Origin: Basidiobolus meristosporus CBS 931.73
Taxonomy: Eukaryota > Fungi > Basidiobolomycota
Length of the DNA stretch: 63,948 nucleotides
Assembly: GCA_002104905.1 (NCBI GenBank)
Contig: MCFE01000515.1
Coordinates: forward strand, 1 to 63,948
Direction: 5' to 3'
In this document: piece after piece, positions 41,401 to 53,154 of the stretch
Position numbering within the stretch: the stretch's first letter is position 1
Layout of the letters: each line of letters opens with the position of its first letter
Position numbers and translations under genes: made by a program
Notes under the pieces: model-generated
The model's input: the letters and a program-made list of their open reading frames with translations, nothing else
Databases searched by the model: none
Told to the model about the DNA's origin: nothing

Positions 41401-43725
41401 CCACCACCTTCCTCGAGTGGTGCTGCAGCTCCTCCGCCACCACCGCCACCACCACCACCACCACCACCAGTAACGCCTTCATCTGAGGCATCTGGGGTGC
41501 CAGCACCACCACCACCTCCTCCGCCACCATCGTCAATAGTAGGTGGACCACCACCACCGCCACCGCCGCCGCCACCACCTGCTCCTGGGGCCCCTCCGCC
41601 TCCTCCTCCACCGCCCCCGTCTACAACAGGTGGACCGCCACCACCACCACCACCGCCGCCTGCTCCTGGAGCCCCTCCACCACCACCACCGCCCCCGTCT
41701 ACAGCAGGTGGACCGCCGCCGCCGCCACCCCCTCCTGTACCTGGGGCTCCACCACCTCCACCAGCTGCCCCTGGAGCACCACCTCCACCTCCCGCACCTG
41801 GATTTGCAGGTAAAGCAGCAGGACCTTCAGCTCCTCCTGTTCCAACTGCCTCTCGCGTAGGTAGAAGCTGGGTTACGAAGCAAAAACTTAGACAACTTAA
41901 TTGGACTAAACTCCATGACCATGAGCTACCTGGTACTGTCTGGCAGGATAAGCAGGAGGTAGCGAAGCATGAAGAGGAGCTTGCTACGAAATTTGGTGGA
42001 GAAGGGGTGTTTGTTGCCATCGAGGATAAGTTCCCCTCCAAACCAGCTGTAATTAAGATGAAAGGTAAGGCTATAGTAATGGAACCACGAAAACCTGGAG
42101 CATCAGGGTAACCTTTCTTGTTAGCCGAAGTCGAAAAGGAGGTGCCAGAAGAAATAATGGTATTAGACCCCAAGAGAATCCAAAACATCAGTATGGCCAT
42201 CGATTTCCATTAGATCCACTAGTCGTTCCGCATCTAATAGTTACTATCTGCAGATATCGCACTCTCGAAATGCAAGAACATGAGCCCAGCCCAGATCAAA
42301 GAGGCAATCCTAGATATGAACGAGTTTGTGATGACCGTTGACTTACTTGAACAGTTGAAAAAGTTTATCCCCACCGATGATGAGGCAAGTTATACCGGAG
42401 CAATGATAGAGTCTTAAGTGAAGCCAAGTTGACCATGATTACTTTTAGATTGCGCTTCTTCAGCCCTTCCTAGAAGACAGCACGAAGTTGAGTAGAGCTG
42501 AGCAATTTTTCATTGAGGTTCGTGTACTGGATTAGGCGCATGAAAGAGGCACATATAACTTATCCATAACATGCATGTAGGTGATATCGATCAGTAGATA
42601 TCAGCAACGTCTTGACATCATGCATTTCAAGCAAACATACAAAGAGAAGTATGATAGTATACAGAAGGTACTTGAATTTCATACGTAAGCAACCGCAAAG
42701 ATCTCCTGCAATTCATACTGATTTCCTGTAGGCTTGCAAGACGATCTACGAGACATCCAATACACTCAGAAGCAGCAAGTTAGTTCCACAATTCCTAGAG
42801 GTAGTACCCAGCATTTCATCAGAGATCAAACAGTCACTAAACTGCTCTCTAGGTGATTCTGACGATAGGGAACTTTATGAATACCGGATTTCGAGGGAAC
42901 GCGTCCGGATTCAAGGTCAGCAGTGTCAACCGGTTAACTGATACGAAAACGACCGACAACAAATCCACGTTGCTTCATTTCCTGGTTGACGTGGCCGAGA
43001 ATAAGTTGCCAGACTTGCTGAAGATTGTTGACGAGCTCAAAGGTGTTCACGAAGCGTGCCGTGTCTCTATGCCAGATGTGAAGGAAGAGTTTGAAGGGGT
43101 GAAGAAAGATTTGGCATTTGCTGAGAAGGAGATCTCGGAGTATTACAGCCAGCCAGAATACGAGAACGATCCTTTTACTACACAGGTGAAGGAGTTTTTG
43201 ATCACTGCGAAACAAAGCTTCGAAGACCTCAAGGTGTACTGGACCGCCACCGAAGTCATGTATGCAGAGTGTGTCCGACACTTTGGAGAAAGCCCTACAC
43301 TGCGACCCGACGAGTTCTTCCAGATCTTCAAGCGATTCTTGGTGGACATCGAGAGAGTTCGCAAGGAGATCGAGATTGAAAAAAGAAAGATCATCGCCGC
43401 CGAGAAGAAAGCCAAGGCAGAACTGGAGAAGAAGGAGAGAGAGGCAGCTAGACGCAAGCCCAAGCTGGACAAGGTGCAAAATCCCGAGATCAAGGAGGCA
43501 GTGGAGGAAGACAAGGGTGGCTTGGACCATCTCATGGATTCTCTAAGGAAGTGCAATGATTTCGGCAAAATGAAGCAAGACGCTCAACGCATGACGGCTA
43601 CGGAGCGCCTGCGAAATGATCAAGCTCGAAGAAATTTGGATAACCTGTCGGAGCAAGCACGCCAACTTCTGAAAGACATCAACCAAGACATCGGGGACAT
43701 GGGCTTCGCGGCAGTTGAAGCGTAG
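38412..43725 (+). CDS. Formin (GBD/FH3-FH1-FH2), multi-exon
   Basis: VPRLFEELL|NEMGLDDAKK (GBD), polyproline FH1 at about 41400-41800, RQLNWTKL, GNFMNTGFRGNASGFK, TKTTDNKSTLLHFL (FH2). The first exon is tentative. Confidence 0.9.
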
Positions 43726-43936
43726 ATAAAGCACTATTTAATATTTCGACTGTTTATTTTCATTCGGCCCCGTTCATTCGATCCCTAGTTAGCTAGTATT
43801 CAATTCATTCATATCATAGTCAACTTTCTATGCCTATTTATTACTAAACATTTAATAAAAGATTGACTTAATCAACTTTGCCTCTCATAAGTCCCCACGA
43901 AAAAACTGCAGCGCTTGGTTGTTTCGAACTTGCCAT

Positions 43937-45922
43937 ATGGAAGCGCACAACAATCTTGTAGATCCTTCGGGGAATGCCGTCCAAAGCCTGTGGGAATGGG
44001 CAAAAACCAACAACTGCTATCTAGAGCCGTTGGAAATTCGTCTAAGTATAACTTGATCTCAGTCGATTATCTTGGTTATTTTGCTAATCCCTCATCCATC
44101 GATCCTAGACGAGGACGGGTTTCGAGCAGTGTATGCTAAAAGAGATATCCAGGAGGAAGAAAAGATTGGTTCGATTCCGGGGAAACTGGTGATAAGTCAA
44201 GAAACCGCACGAACTGCTCTTCCTCAGTACTCCGATCTACCCGGCCATGTATTACTTAAAGTTTATCTGATTCACGAAAGACTTCGCGGAGTGGACTCTT
44301 TTTGGCAGCCGTACATCTCGGTGCTGCCCAAAACCTTCTCGACCCCGCTGTGGTTCAATACTGAAGAATATGCCGTACTTAAAGGTACAAACCTGGAATT
44401 TGCTGCCGAAGAATATAAGCAAAAGATTGATCAAGAGTTCGACCTGGTGCGAAAGACCCTAAATGGCTCCACTGTCAATGAGCATCTTATTACTAGGTAA
44501 GCTTCGTGATCCATGGGTTTCGTCTGAATATCTTATAAATTTCCTTTAACCATTCATAGAGAGATGTACTACTGGGCCACTACTGTAGTGTCCTCTCGTG
44601 CTTTTTCCAGCAAGCTAGATCCTAATGCCACCGACGAGGAAGACCAGCAAATCATGCTTCCATTACTTGATATGTTAAACCACAAGCTTCGTCAACCCAT
44701 CACTTGGAGTAACCACGAGGGTCAAGTATCATTCGTTTGCAACCGCAAGGTGGCTGCTGGTGAAGAGGTTTTCAATAATTACGGAGCAAAATCCAATGAG
44801 GAGTGTAGGTACTTCCCCTCGATTTCACCAACATAGAAGTGACATGCTAATGGGCTGTAGTGTTACAAGGATATGGCTTCTGTATCGAAAACAACGAGGT
44901 CGATTATTTCGCATTGAAGATCAATTTCCGTGCCACCTCCACCGTGGATCTGAAAGAATTGCTCTTGAAGCGATTCGGTCTCACGGACTTCAAGCATTTC
45001 CTCCGCCGTGACGGAGAAATCCCCGAGAACTTGGCCAAACAGATCCGTGTGCTTGCGATGAATCGGTATGAACTGACCCTAGGACAGAACCTTGCAGCCG
45101 AGAACATGGAGTTCCTCAACTATCGCAACGAGATTGCGATGTTGCAAATGTACCGCCAGCTTCTCGCACAGCGTCTTCACGTGCTCAACACCGCCGTCCA
45201 GCAAAGCTCAGATCCCGAGGAGCCCAGCTACGCTTATACAGCCGGAAAGATCTATCGCGACGGTAGTTTCCAGATCGGTTGCTCGGCACTCCCTATTTAC
45301 TGACATCCCCGGTTTGTAGGCCAGCTCGAGATCCTTCAACTCAACTTCACGCAAGTGTCTGCCAAGCTCTGTCAAGTGCTCAGCAATGCGACCAAAGACA
45401 CCGTAGGTCAGACGGATCTGGTCGCCTCTCTTCAACACTTCCTCGGCACTGTGATTACGATGGAGAAAGTTGTGTCGGACAGGGAATTCTTCGAAGTGAT
45501 CACCAACAATATTGATGGTCTGGATGAAGAAACCATCCTTGCACTGTTTATCATCCGATGCAGCACTAACGTGGATGGCCGCTGGTATGCTTCATTGGCC
45601 AAGTATCAAGACTTCCACGACCCCAACTATTCTAACGAGTAAGTGACAGCCATCTTTCTATCTGGACCTGGCGGATATCCTAACCTCTAGTTTATTTGAA
45701 ACTAGCGCCGGTGGTCTAGATCCTGAAGCTCAAGAAGACCTGCTCAACCTGCAGGAAATGTATGATGCGCTATTCCCATATATGACCTCCACCAACCCCG
45801 ATCTATTCCCAGCTAACATCTACACCTGGGAGAAGTTCCGATGGGCTGCAAGCATTGTTGACTCGTTGAGCGTTACCATTCAGACACCCGATGGAGCAGT
45901 CCTGGCCATTGTTCCCACATAG
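43937..45922 (+). CDS. SET-domain protein-lysine methyltransferase (Rkm1/SETD3/LSMT-like), multi-exon
   Basis: SFWQPYISVLPKTFSTPLWF, YYWATTVVSSRAF, MLPLLDMLNH, VFNNYGAKSNEE, QGYGFC. Confidence 0.85.
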
Positions 45923-46004
45923 GAATACATATTCATAGATAGTGTACAAACCAAACCCCTTCCCACTTCCGGTTAGCAATATTTATTGGAATCTATTAAT
46001 GAAA

Positions 46005-46924
46005 TTAAATGTATGTGTGGCGGGGATTGAACAGGTTTGAAGTGGCCTGATAATCCCGTATAGAGGCCACCGACGAAATGAGACATTCAGTTTGACCCTC
46101 GATGTCACAAACCTGTGTGACTTTATGACGTATCAAACTGTCGACCAACCAGAACTGTAGCATATTCAAGAACATGGGCAGGATGAACATCACCACCATT
46201 ACCTGAAGGCGCGGATCGCCAAGCTGGATTATTGGGTCCAGGATCCATTGACCCAGGATGACCAAACATGGGAATGCCGTTGTTCCAAGGAAAATGGTGA
46301 GCTTGGTTGCGCTGAGGGCCAAGAGAAATACAAGGGACTGTTTCAGCCATATCCGGCATTCGGGTGGGCTGCCGTAGTTGCCACAATCCATTTCCTTTAC
46401 CTGGAAGTGATCGAGAATACGATGGACTCCCTTTAATACAAAATACAGAATCAAAACACCCACTGTTGTGTCCAACAAGAGGTTCAGCAAATACCTAGCC
46501 AGATCGAGCATCAGTCGCATATCTGATGAACATGTGGGAACCTCCTAATCTTACCAGACGCATGGGTTGTCCTCACGTGAGCCAGAGCGTGAGCCGGCAA
46601 AAGAGGACACCAGTAGGTTCAACACGTGCACCATGGCAGCGCCTCCGCTTTGCTTGCTGACATCGAACAACCTTTCGTGGCAAAAGGGTGAGTATCTTGT
46701 TCGAGCCGCACCCATGACTGGTAATTTACCAAACACGCCCAGGCCTTCTGGGGCACTCTCGCTGTCGCTTAACCAAAAGCGACGATACGGCCATCAAGGC
46801 CATTAAAGATTGCACTAGAATGGCGAACCCATCCAACAGCTCACAGCTCAGATTCTGTAAGCGAAACGCAAACATTACGAATAAATTAATCTAAAAAATT
46901 GCGACACTGATAGCCAGAAGCCAT
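46005..46924 (-). CDS. STIMATE/TMEM110 (YPL162C-like) membrane protein, multi-exon
   Basis: CELLDGFAILVQ, KRQRECPRRPW, FDVSKQSGGA, LLDTTVGV, GNYGSPP..WLKQ, LQFWLVDSLI. Start is tentative. Confidence 0.75.
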
Positions 46925-47792
46925 CCTCGCGCAACATATATATCTTCGCCACAATCGGCCTATTGTATCCTTCACATCTGTTACAGAACCTCTACAATCC
47001 CAGTTGAAACGACTCTTTGGTTTCATCCTCCTCAGCGCACACACCCTCTTCAATGCTCTCTGATTCTATTTTTAGAATCCAGCCATTTCCCACCAATCCA
47101 CAATTGTCCTAATCGGTTACCCCGTCTCCTTCCGCAGCCAGCCTCCCATTGGCCGATAAGGTTGTCGCCATGGCTTTGTGGCCTCTGATGGCTAATCGCA
47201 GGACAGGATCCAATTCAGGAATCTTCACAATCCAGACAAGGTGATCCATTAGCTTGCCCTACAAACAACCGCATCCACAACACCAACCACCCCTCGATCA
47301 GGCAACCGCAGCAGAAGTACTTGGCACAGATCCACCGCAGCATGATGGTTCCCGAACATTTCGAAGACGTAAGCCATGTGGGAAGATTGATTAGTAATTG
47401 CCTGCCGCCCAGATCAACCCTCTGCCCACAAGCTCAGCGCTCAGGATCCACCCAAAGTGATCCATATCTTGAACAAATCATCGCATGAGCCGATATAGCA
47501 GGCTAAATACAATCTACTCCAGGAAGCGCGATTGGTGGAATAGGAAAATCGGGAAAAAGGGAACATCTGGATTTCCAAGCGAGTCAGATACACATCCCAT
47601 AGAATTCCTCATAAAAAGTTTCGCTTCCGCACACCCGCCTTACTAGCACCCTTTCTTTTTGTCCTTTCCCCTTCCACTGTGAAGTTTGTGTAAAGCGGGT
47701 GCTTTCGTTCTCTAATCAACTCTCTTTTGCGCCGCAGCCCTTCTCCACAGTCACCTGCATTGTTATTCCTCTCCCAATTCCCGCCTTGTTCG

Positions 47793-49028
47793 ATGTCTCT
47801 CTTACCCACCACCGACCTTCTTCAAACCGAAGCAACTTGTAATATGGAACAAAATGATTCATTTTTGGTCAACGACTTTCAGCTCTACGACAATGATGAT
47901 TTGTTCGCTGTAGATGATACTTTCACACCTCATGATGAAGCTGAGCTTTCCATTGATAATGTATTCACCACCCCATTCACCCCGTCCATCGATACCTTCG
48001 ATCCGGGCTCACTAATATCAACGCCGTACACGCCGGCCGTGGAGTGTTTCAATGATATTCTAGTTCCGTTCAGTCCCAGCATCAACTGCAACGCGAGCAT
48101 GCCTCTCTTCAACACTCCCTTCATGGCTCCCTCAAATGATTTCGGCACATCCCTGGCCGAGACCCCTACCGTCGTTGATACTCCGTTGACTGTGAGTCTG
48201 AATGACTTCAATCCTCAGCAGCCCGTACCCGCCGTCAGCACATCAGGAGTTCCCGGATTCTTCATGCCGCTCTCCATGATTGACACACCCTGTATTCAAC
48301 CCGAGAATGACTTCGATTATGCCTCTCTTTCTAACACGCCGCTCGCCACCGACAGTGACATCTTCACATCTGCCGTTCTGAACACACCCAACATATTCTC
48401 TGAGGGTATTGATCTAACGCCATTTTTGACACCGGCAACCGATTTCGAATGCGACAACTTCTCTGCCCCTGGTACCCCACTCGACCCCGCGAACGCGGAC
48501 GCCGCCCATCAGGTGAATTTCCTCAATTTCGGCAACGAGAAAGATTTGTACAGCGACCTATTCGAGAAGGATGCCGAGAAGTCTTCCCAGGCCCTGTCTC
48601 TCTTCGCCCCGCTCGAGGAAATCGCCGATTCCCAAAGCTCTCCCTCCAAATCGACATCCTCCTCTCCAACCACCTCCTCGCCCGACGACAAGGATGGGTT
48701 TAGTGTTCCCGCACCCCAAGAATCATCCAAGTCTCGCATGGCCTCCGCCGGCTCCAAGAAGTACATTTGCTCATATCAAGGATGCTCCAAAAGCTTCGCT
48801 CGGAAATTCAATCTTAACGTGCACCAACGCAGTCATTTTCCTGACCTTGCGCGCCCATTCAAATGCTCTGAATGCCCCAAGGCTTTCGGTCGTAAGCACG
48901 ATTTGACCCGGCATCTGGCGGCAGTTCACAAAACCACCTCGCTGTATCATTGCAACGAGTGTGAGAAAGAATTCTCCAGACGGGACTCGCTCGCGCGCCA
49001 TCTCGAGAAGGGCTGTCAAGTGGTGTGA
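47793..49028 (+). CDS. C2H2 zinc-finger transcription factor (three C-terminal fingers), intronless
   Basis: CSYQGCSKSFARKFNLNVHQRSH, CSECPKAFGRKHDLTRHLAAVH, CNECEKEFSRRDSLARH. Acidic N-terminal region. Confidence 0.9.
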   Translation: MSLLPTTDLLQTEATCNMEQNDSFLVNDFQLYDNDDLFAVDDTFTPHDEAELSIDNVFTTPFTPSIDTFDPGSLISTPYTPAVECFNDILVPFSPSINCNASMPLFNTPFMAPSNDFGTSLAETPTVVDTPLTVSLNDFNPQQPVPAVSTSGVPGFFMPLSMIDTPCIQPENDFDYASLSNTPLATDSDIFTSAVLNTPNIFSEGIDLTPFLTPATDFECDNFSAPGTPLDPANADAAHQVNFLNFGNEKDLYSDLFEKDAEKSSQALSLFAPLEEIADSQSSPSKSTSSSPTTSSPDDKDGFSVPAPQESSKSRMASAGSKKYICSYQGCSKSFARKFNLNVHQRSHFPDLARPFKCSECPKAFGRKHDLTRHLAAVHKTTSLYHCNECEKEFSRRDSLARHLEKGCQVV

Positions 49029-49509
49029 GCCGCCACCACCATCTGGTTGGACATCTCATTCACCTGGCATACGAGTCCCCCAGAAAAGCACAAAAAAATC
49101 GGAAAACCAACAGAAAGCACACTACACTTGAGCCTTGATTAGATTACTTCCCACTAGTACCCAATCCCCCCTCCCCCCCTCATCACTATATATACATCGA
49201 AATCTTTGAAATAGATTTACTCACCCACTCTGTGTATTTAATTGTTTGTAACTCTCACTTATCATGTATAGTCTACCTCTGTATTTTCAATATTTATCGG
49301 CTTTTCCAAGATCTCTCCCCCCACACACCGAACTCGTTCATGTGATTGAAATGAAATTAAACCAAACCATTTGACTCCCCCACAACAAACGCTTACCGTG
49401 ACCGTCTCAGGGTCCTTCATATCACATCATATCCATGGCATCATTCATCTCGGGATCTCCCATAAATACCCGCGGGCCCGGAGAAATTTGCAGCTTTTCC
49501 CAGGTTGCC

Positions 49510-50761
49510 ATGACTTTTCCCAATACGGTGAGTTCTCGTTGAGCTTCGTGGTCGCAGTGGTACTCACCTTCGTCAAGACTTCTACTCAAATAGACCTGCC
49601 GAAGATCGGGTTCGGCGCTGGGGCGTTCAGCGGAGCGTACAACTCGGTGTCCAAGGACGAATGCTACGCGGCGGTCGAGCGGTCCCTAGAACTCGGTATG
49701 TCCAGCGAGATGAGGAAGCAAGAGTAGCCTTCCAACCCCGACCCCATCCCGCACACTCACCTCCTCCCTCCCGCCTTCACCTAGGTATCAACTACTTCGA
49801 CACTTCCCCGTATTACGGGGAAAGCGAGGCCGTCTTAGGAGAGGGGTTGAAAAGAGTCCAGGAGAAGTTCCCCCGGGCAACCTACTCCCTTTCCACCAAG
49901 GTGGGCCGCTACGGCTACCGCAAGGAGGATTTCGACTACTCGGCCGAGCGGGTGGTGGAGAGCGTCCAGGAGAGCATGCGTCGCTTGAATACCGACTATC
50001 TGGACATCGTTCTATGCCACGACGTGGAATTCGTCCCCGTCGAGCAGGTGGTCGACCACGCGTTACCGCAGCTATTCCGGTTCAAGGTACCATGCATGAC
50101 ATCCACTCCCCCCTCCCCTCCATGTCTTTGATACTCACCACGCTTTCTCGAGCCTAGGAGGAAGGCAGGATCCACCAGGTGGGAATTTCAGGTAGCTTTC
50201 ATCATATCAACCGATTAATCCAGCTTACCACTCACCTCCCCGCCACCTTCGCCAGGCTATCCGTTGGATGTCCTGTTGAACATCGCCCGGATCCAGCACG
50301 AACGTAACCAGCCTTTGGACGTGGTGTTGTCGTATTGCCACTACACCCTTCAAAACACCCTGCTGGCTGAATACCTTCCCAGGTTCAAGTCGTACGGTGT
50401 GGTCCACGTCATCAACGCCTCCCCCTTGAGTATGGGCCTGTTCCGGGAGGGGCCCACCCCCGACTGGCATCCTGGCTCGGATGCCATGAAGGAGGCGGTC
50501 CGCCTCGCCAAGGAGGTCTGCGTCGAACATGGGGTGAAGATCTCCGAGGTCGCCTCGAAATTCGCCTTCAACCACCCAGGGTTCGCCAGCACCATCATCG
50601 GGTGTTGCAAGGCCGAGGAGATCCAGCAGGCGTACGAACAATCCCAGATGATCGAATCCGGGGACCGCCCCGTCGACTCGGTGGTTCTGGCCAAGATTCT
50701 ACGTCTCATGGAGCCCTTTCACAACTACTCCTGGCCTTCCCCCACCTCGGCGGAGCAGTGA
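49510..50761 (+). CDS. Aldo/keto reductase, D-arabinose/L-galactose dehydrogenase (Ara2-like), multi-exon
   Basis: IGFGAGAF, GINYFDTSPYYG, STKVGRYG, DIVLCHDVEF, LSYCHYTLQN, INASPLSMGL. Confidence 0.85.
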
Positions 50762-51037
50762 ACGCCCCTTCCCCCTTCGATGCAGTAGGTTGTCTAGACT
50801 CGTGTCACTCCTCTCAACTTCGACCCGACAATAAATTCTCAACCTCGGTTATATACATATACCCCTTCGTCTGTGTTCCAGCCCAACCCGATTTGCCGCA
50901 GATCCCCCACCCTCCGCCTACCGTCCGCTACTAGGACATGCGGAAACGTTCCGCAGGCCGGATTTCTCTACCAGGCAGGGATTGCTGCAGCTAAGGTGGC
51001 CAGCCAAATCGGATCCGAGATGGGGCAATTTCTCCCA

Positions 51038-51124
51038 CACCACCGTCCACATCCTCGTCATCACCACCGTCCACATCCTCGTCATCACCACCGTCACCGT
51101 CACCATCACCATCGCCATCACCGA
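51038..51124. repeat. 24-bp tandem repeat grading into CACCRT hexamers
   Basis: CACCACCGTCCACATCCTCGTCAT x2, then CACCACCGTCACCGTCACCATCACCATCGCCATCAC. Confidence 0.85.
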
Positions 51125-51254
51125 TCAGTGCAGTTCCGTCCTAACCCGGTCTGTATCATCGCGATCTACTGCCTCCCACATTAATGCATTCATTTCAAGA
51201 TAAATAAATCCCCGTACGAATCAGGTGGCAAAGCATCCCTTTGAAATTCAAATC

Positions 51255-51315
51255 ATCCAATCGTTCAGTGAAAACCACCTAATCCACTTGTCCTCCCAGT
51301 CACTTCCGATTTCTT
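51255..51315 (+). mobile_element. Diverged fragment of the Copia LTR 3' part
   Basis: TTCAGTGAAAACCACCTAATCCACTTGTCCTCCCAGTCACTTCC matches the LTR segment TTAAGTGAAAACCACATAATCTACTTGTTCTCCCAATCACTTCC. Confidence 0.5.
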
Positions 51316-51812
51316 CATTTTATGCCCCAAGCCATCCCTCTCTGGAGTGTCTACCACCGCGGTCACTGGAATCTTGCTCTTCGGACCTTCCTGATTGTAT
51401 TGTGTCACCAAAATTTCAGGTCCCCAGATCGTGAAAATCCTCAAAGTTGTCCAAAAGCCTCCCCCCCCGCAAACTTTGCTCACATGCCCTTGGAAACTTC
51501 TCTAGCATATTCTCTGTGTTTGCTAACACCATGAAAAAGTATAACCGCCACACTTAAACCCAGTGAACCTTCACGTGAGATTCATATAGTGTACTTGTTA
51601 TATCAGTCACTTCTGATCTCACCTAGACTCTCACAACAGGTTATAAGCCCCGACATCCCACTCTTCGGAATCCACACCATTGCTATAACTGGAATCTCTT
51701 TCAACGCGGATAAGCAGGATGGGCCCAACTACAAAGTCTGAGATTTATAAACGATCATGATGCCACATGCTTCATGGCAGGCAGGTGTAGGACAATAGCC
51801 ACATGGTCTTTT

Positions 51813-52144
51813 TGTTGTAAAAATTTGTAATTCCACCTAGATATTTACCTAACTTGGTCACTTAGATCATTACCTTCAAATCCTAGAGAATACTGACCAA
51901 ATTCCTTGTCGGGATTTACTTCGAATATTTACCCAGAACATGAAAATTAGCTAAGTTGTCCAAACAGCCCCAAACCTTGCACACATGTTCTTGGGACCTT
52001 CCTTAACCTATTCTACATGTTTGTTATGCCAAGACCATGTAAAAATATAAATACTACTTTTACATTTAATAAATCATTAAGTGAAAACCACATAATCTAC
52101 TTGTCCTCCCAATCACTTCTAATATCTCCAAGACTCTTACAACA
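51813..52144 (+). mobile_element. LTR (332-bp short variant), solo-like, inside the old gag
   Basis: TGTTGTAA...TTACAACA. Not followed by a PBS, and no matching target-site duplication. Confidence 0.85.
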
Positions 52145-53142
52145 TACAAGACCCCCACTAGTCATGTTTGGCTGCTAAGAAAATGGATCTTATCCAAAAA
52201 TTTGTTGCTACAACAATGCTGCTAGGTGAAGAAATGAAAAATCTCATTAGCAGAATATCCCTGTTGGTTGATCAGATGGAATCAGAGGGTGTACAAGCTG
52301 CTAACAAAGATATGGCTGTTATCCTCTAGAATAGCCTGACAGATGAAATTCAGAGCCTTGTATCAGTCATAGAGCTCAGAACCAAAAATTTGACCTCAAA
52401 TTTGACCTCAAATTATGTGTATGGAATGCCCCTGAATGAAGTATTAAGAAAATCAAGCCCCAACAAGAAGGAAGAAGAAAATGCTTTAATAGGCAATAAT
52501 ACCTACCAAAGGTGGTACTCAAGACCTGTTAAAAGTAACAGCAACCTTACATACAGCTACTTCTAAAGGAGTGGATACACTTCACACCAGTGCTTTTGAA
52601 TGAGAGACAATCAATAGAAAAAGCCTGCACTTGGAAATGCCATCATTACTGGAGATACACTATTCATATCTGCACTAAGCATGACCACAAACAAGGACTC
52701 TCAGCAGTGGTGTACTAACTGTGGAGCATCTCAAAACTGTGCACAAAAAAAGGACATTTTACCCAATATTAAGAAAATCCCATTTAGAAGGTTTTTATGG
52801 GTGATGATGGTGTTGTAAAATTTTGTATTTCCACCTAAATATTCACCTAACTTAGTCACTTAGATCATTACCCTCAAATCCTAGAGAATACTGACCAAAT
52901 TCCTTGTCAGGATTTACTTAGAATATTTACCCAGAACATGAAAATTCTCAAAGTTGTCCAAACAGCCCCAAACTTTGCACACATGTTCTTGGGACCTTCC
53001 TTAACCTAATCTACGTGTTTGTAATGCCAAGACCAGGTAAAAGTATAAATACTACTTTTACATTCAATAAATCATTAAGTGAAAACCACATAATCTACTT
53101 GTTCTCCCAATCACTTCCAATATCTCCAAGACTCTTACAACA

Positions 53143-53154
53143 GGTTATGAGCCC
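53143..53154 (+). other. Primer-binding site of element 1, complementary to the anticodon arm of initiator tRNA-Met
   Basis: GGTTATGAGCCC directly after the 5' LTR is the reverse complement of GGGCUCAUAACC. Confidence 0.85.

Noticed and set aside
41175-42200. 341-aa poly-Gly ORF on the minus strand
   Set aside because: Reverse complement of the formin FH1 polyproline region.
51808-52149. Target-site duplication for the LTR at 51813-52144
   Set aside because: Flanks CTTTT and TACAA do not match, and host gag appears deleted across the site.
53015-53146. N-terminal extension MFVMPRPGK... of gag, also 58585-58812 and upstream of element 2 gag
   Set aside because: Lies inside the LTR. An open frame in repeated LTR sequence is not evidence of a separate protein.
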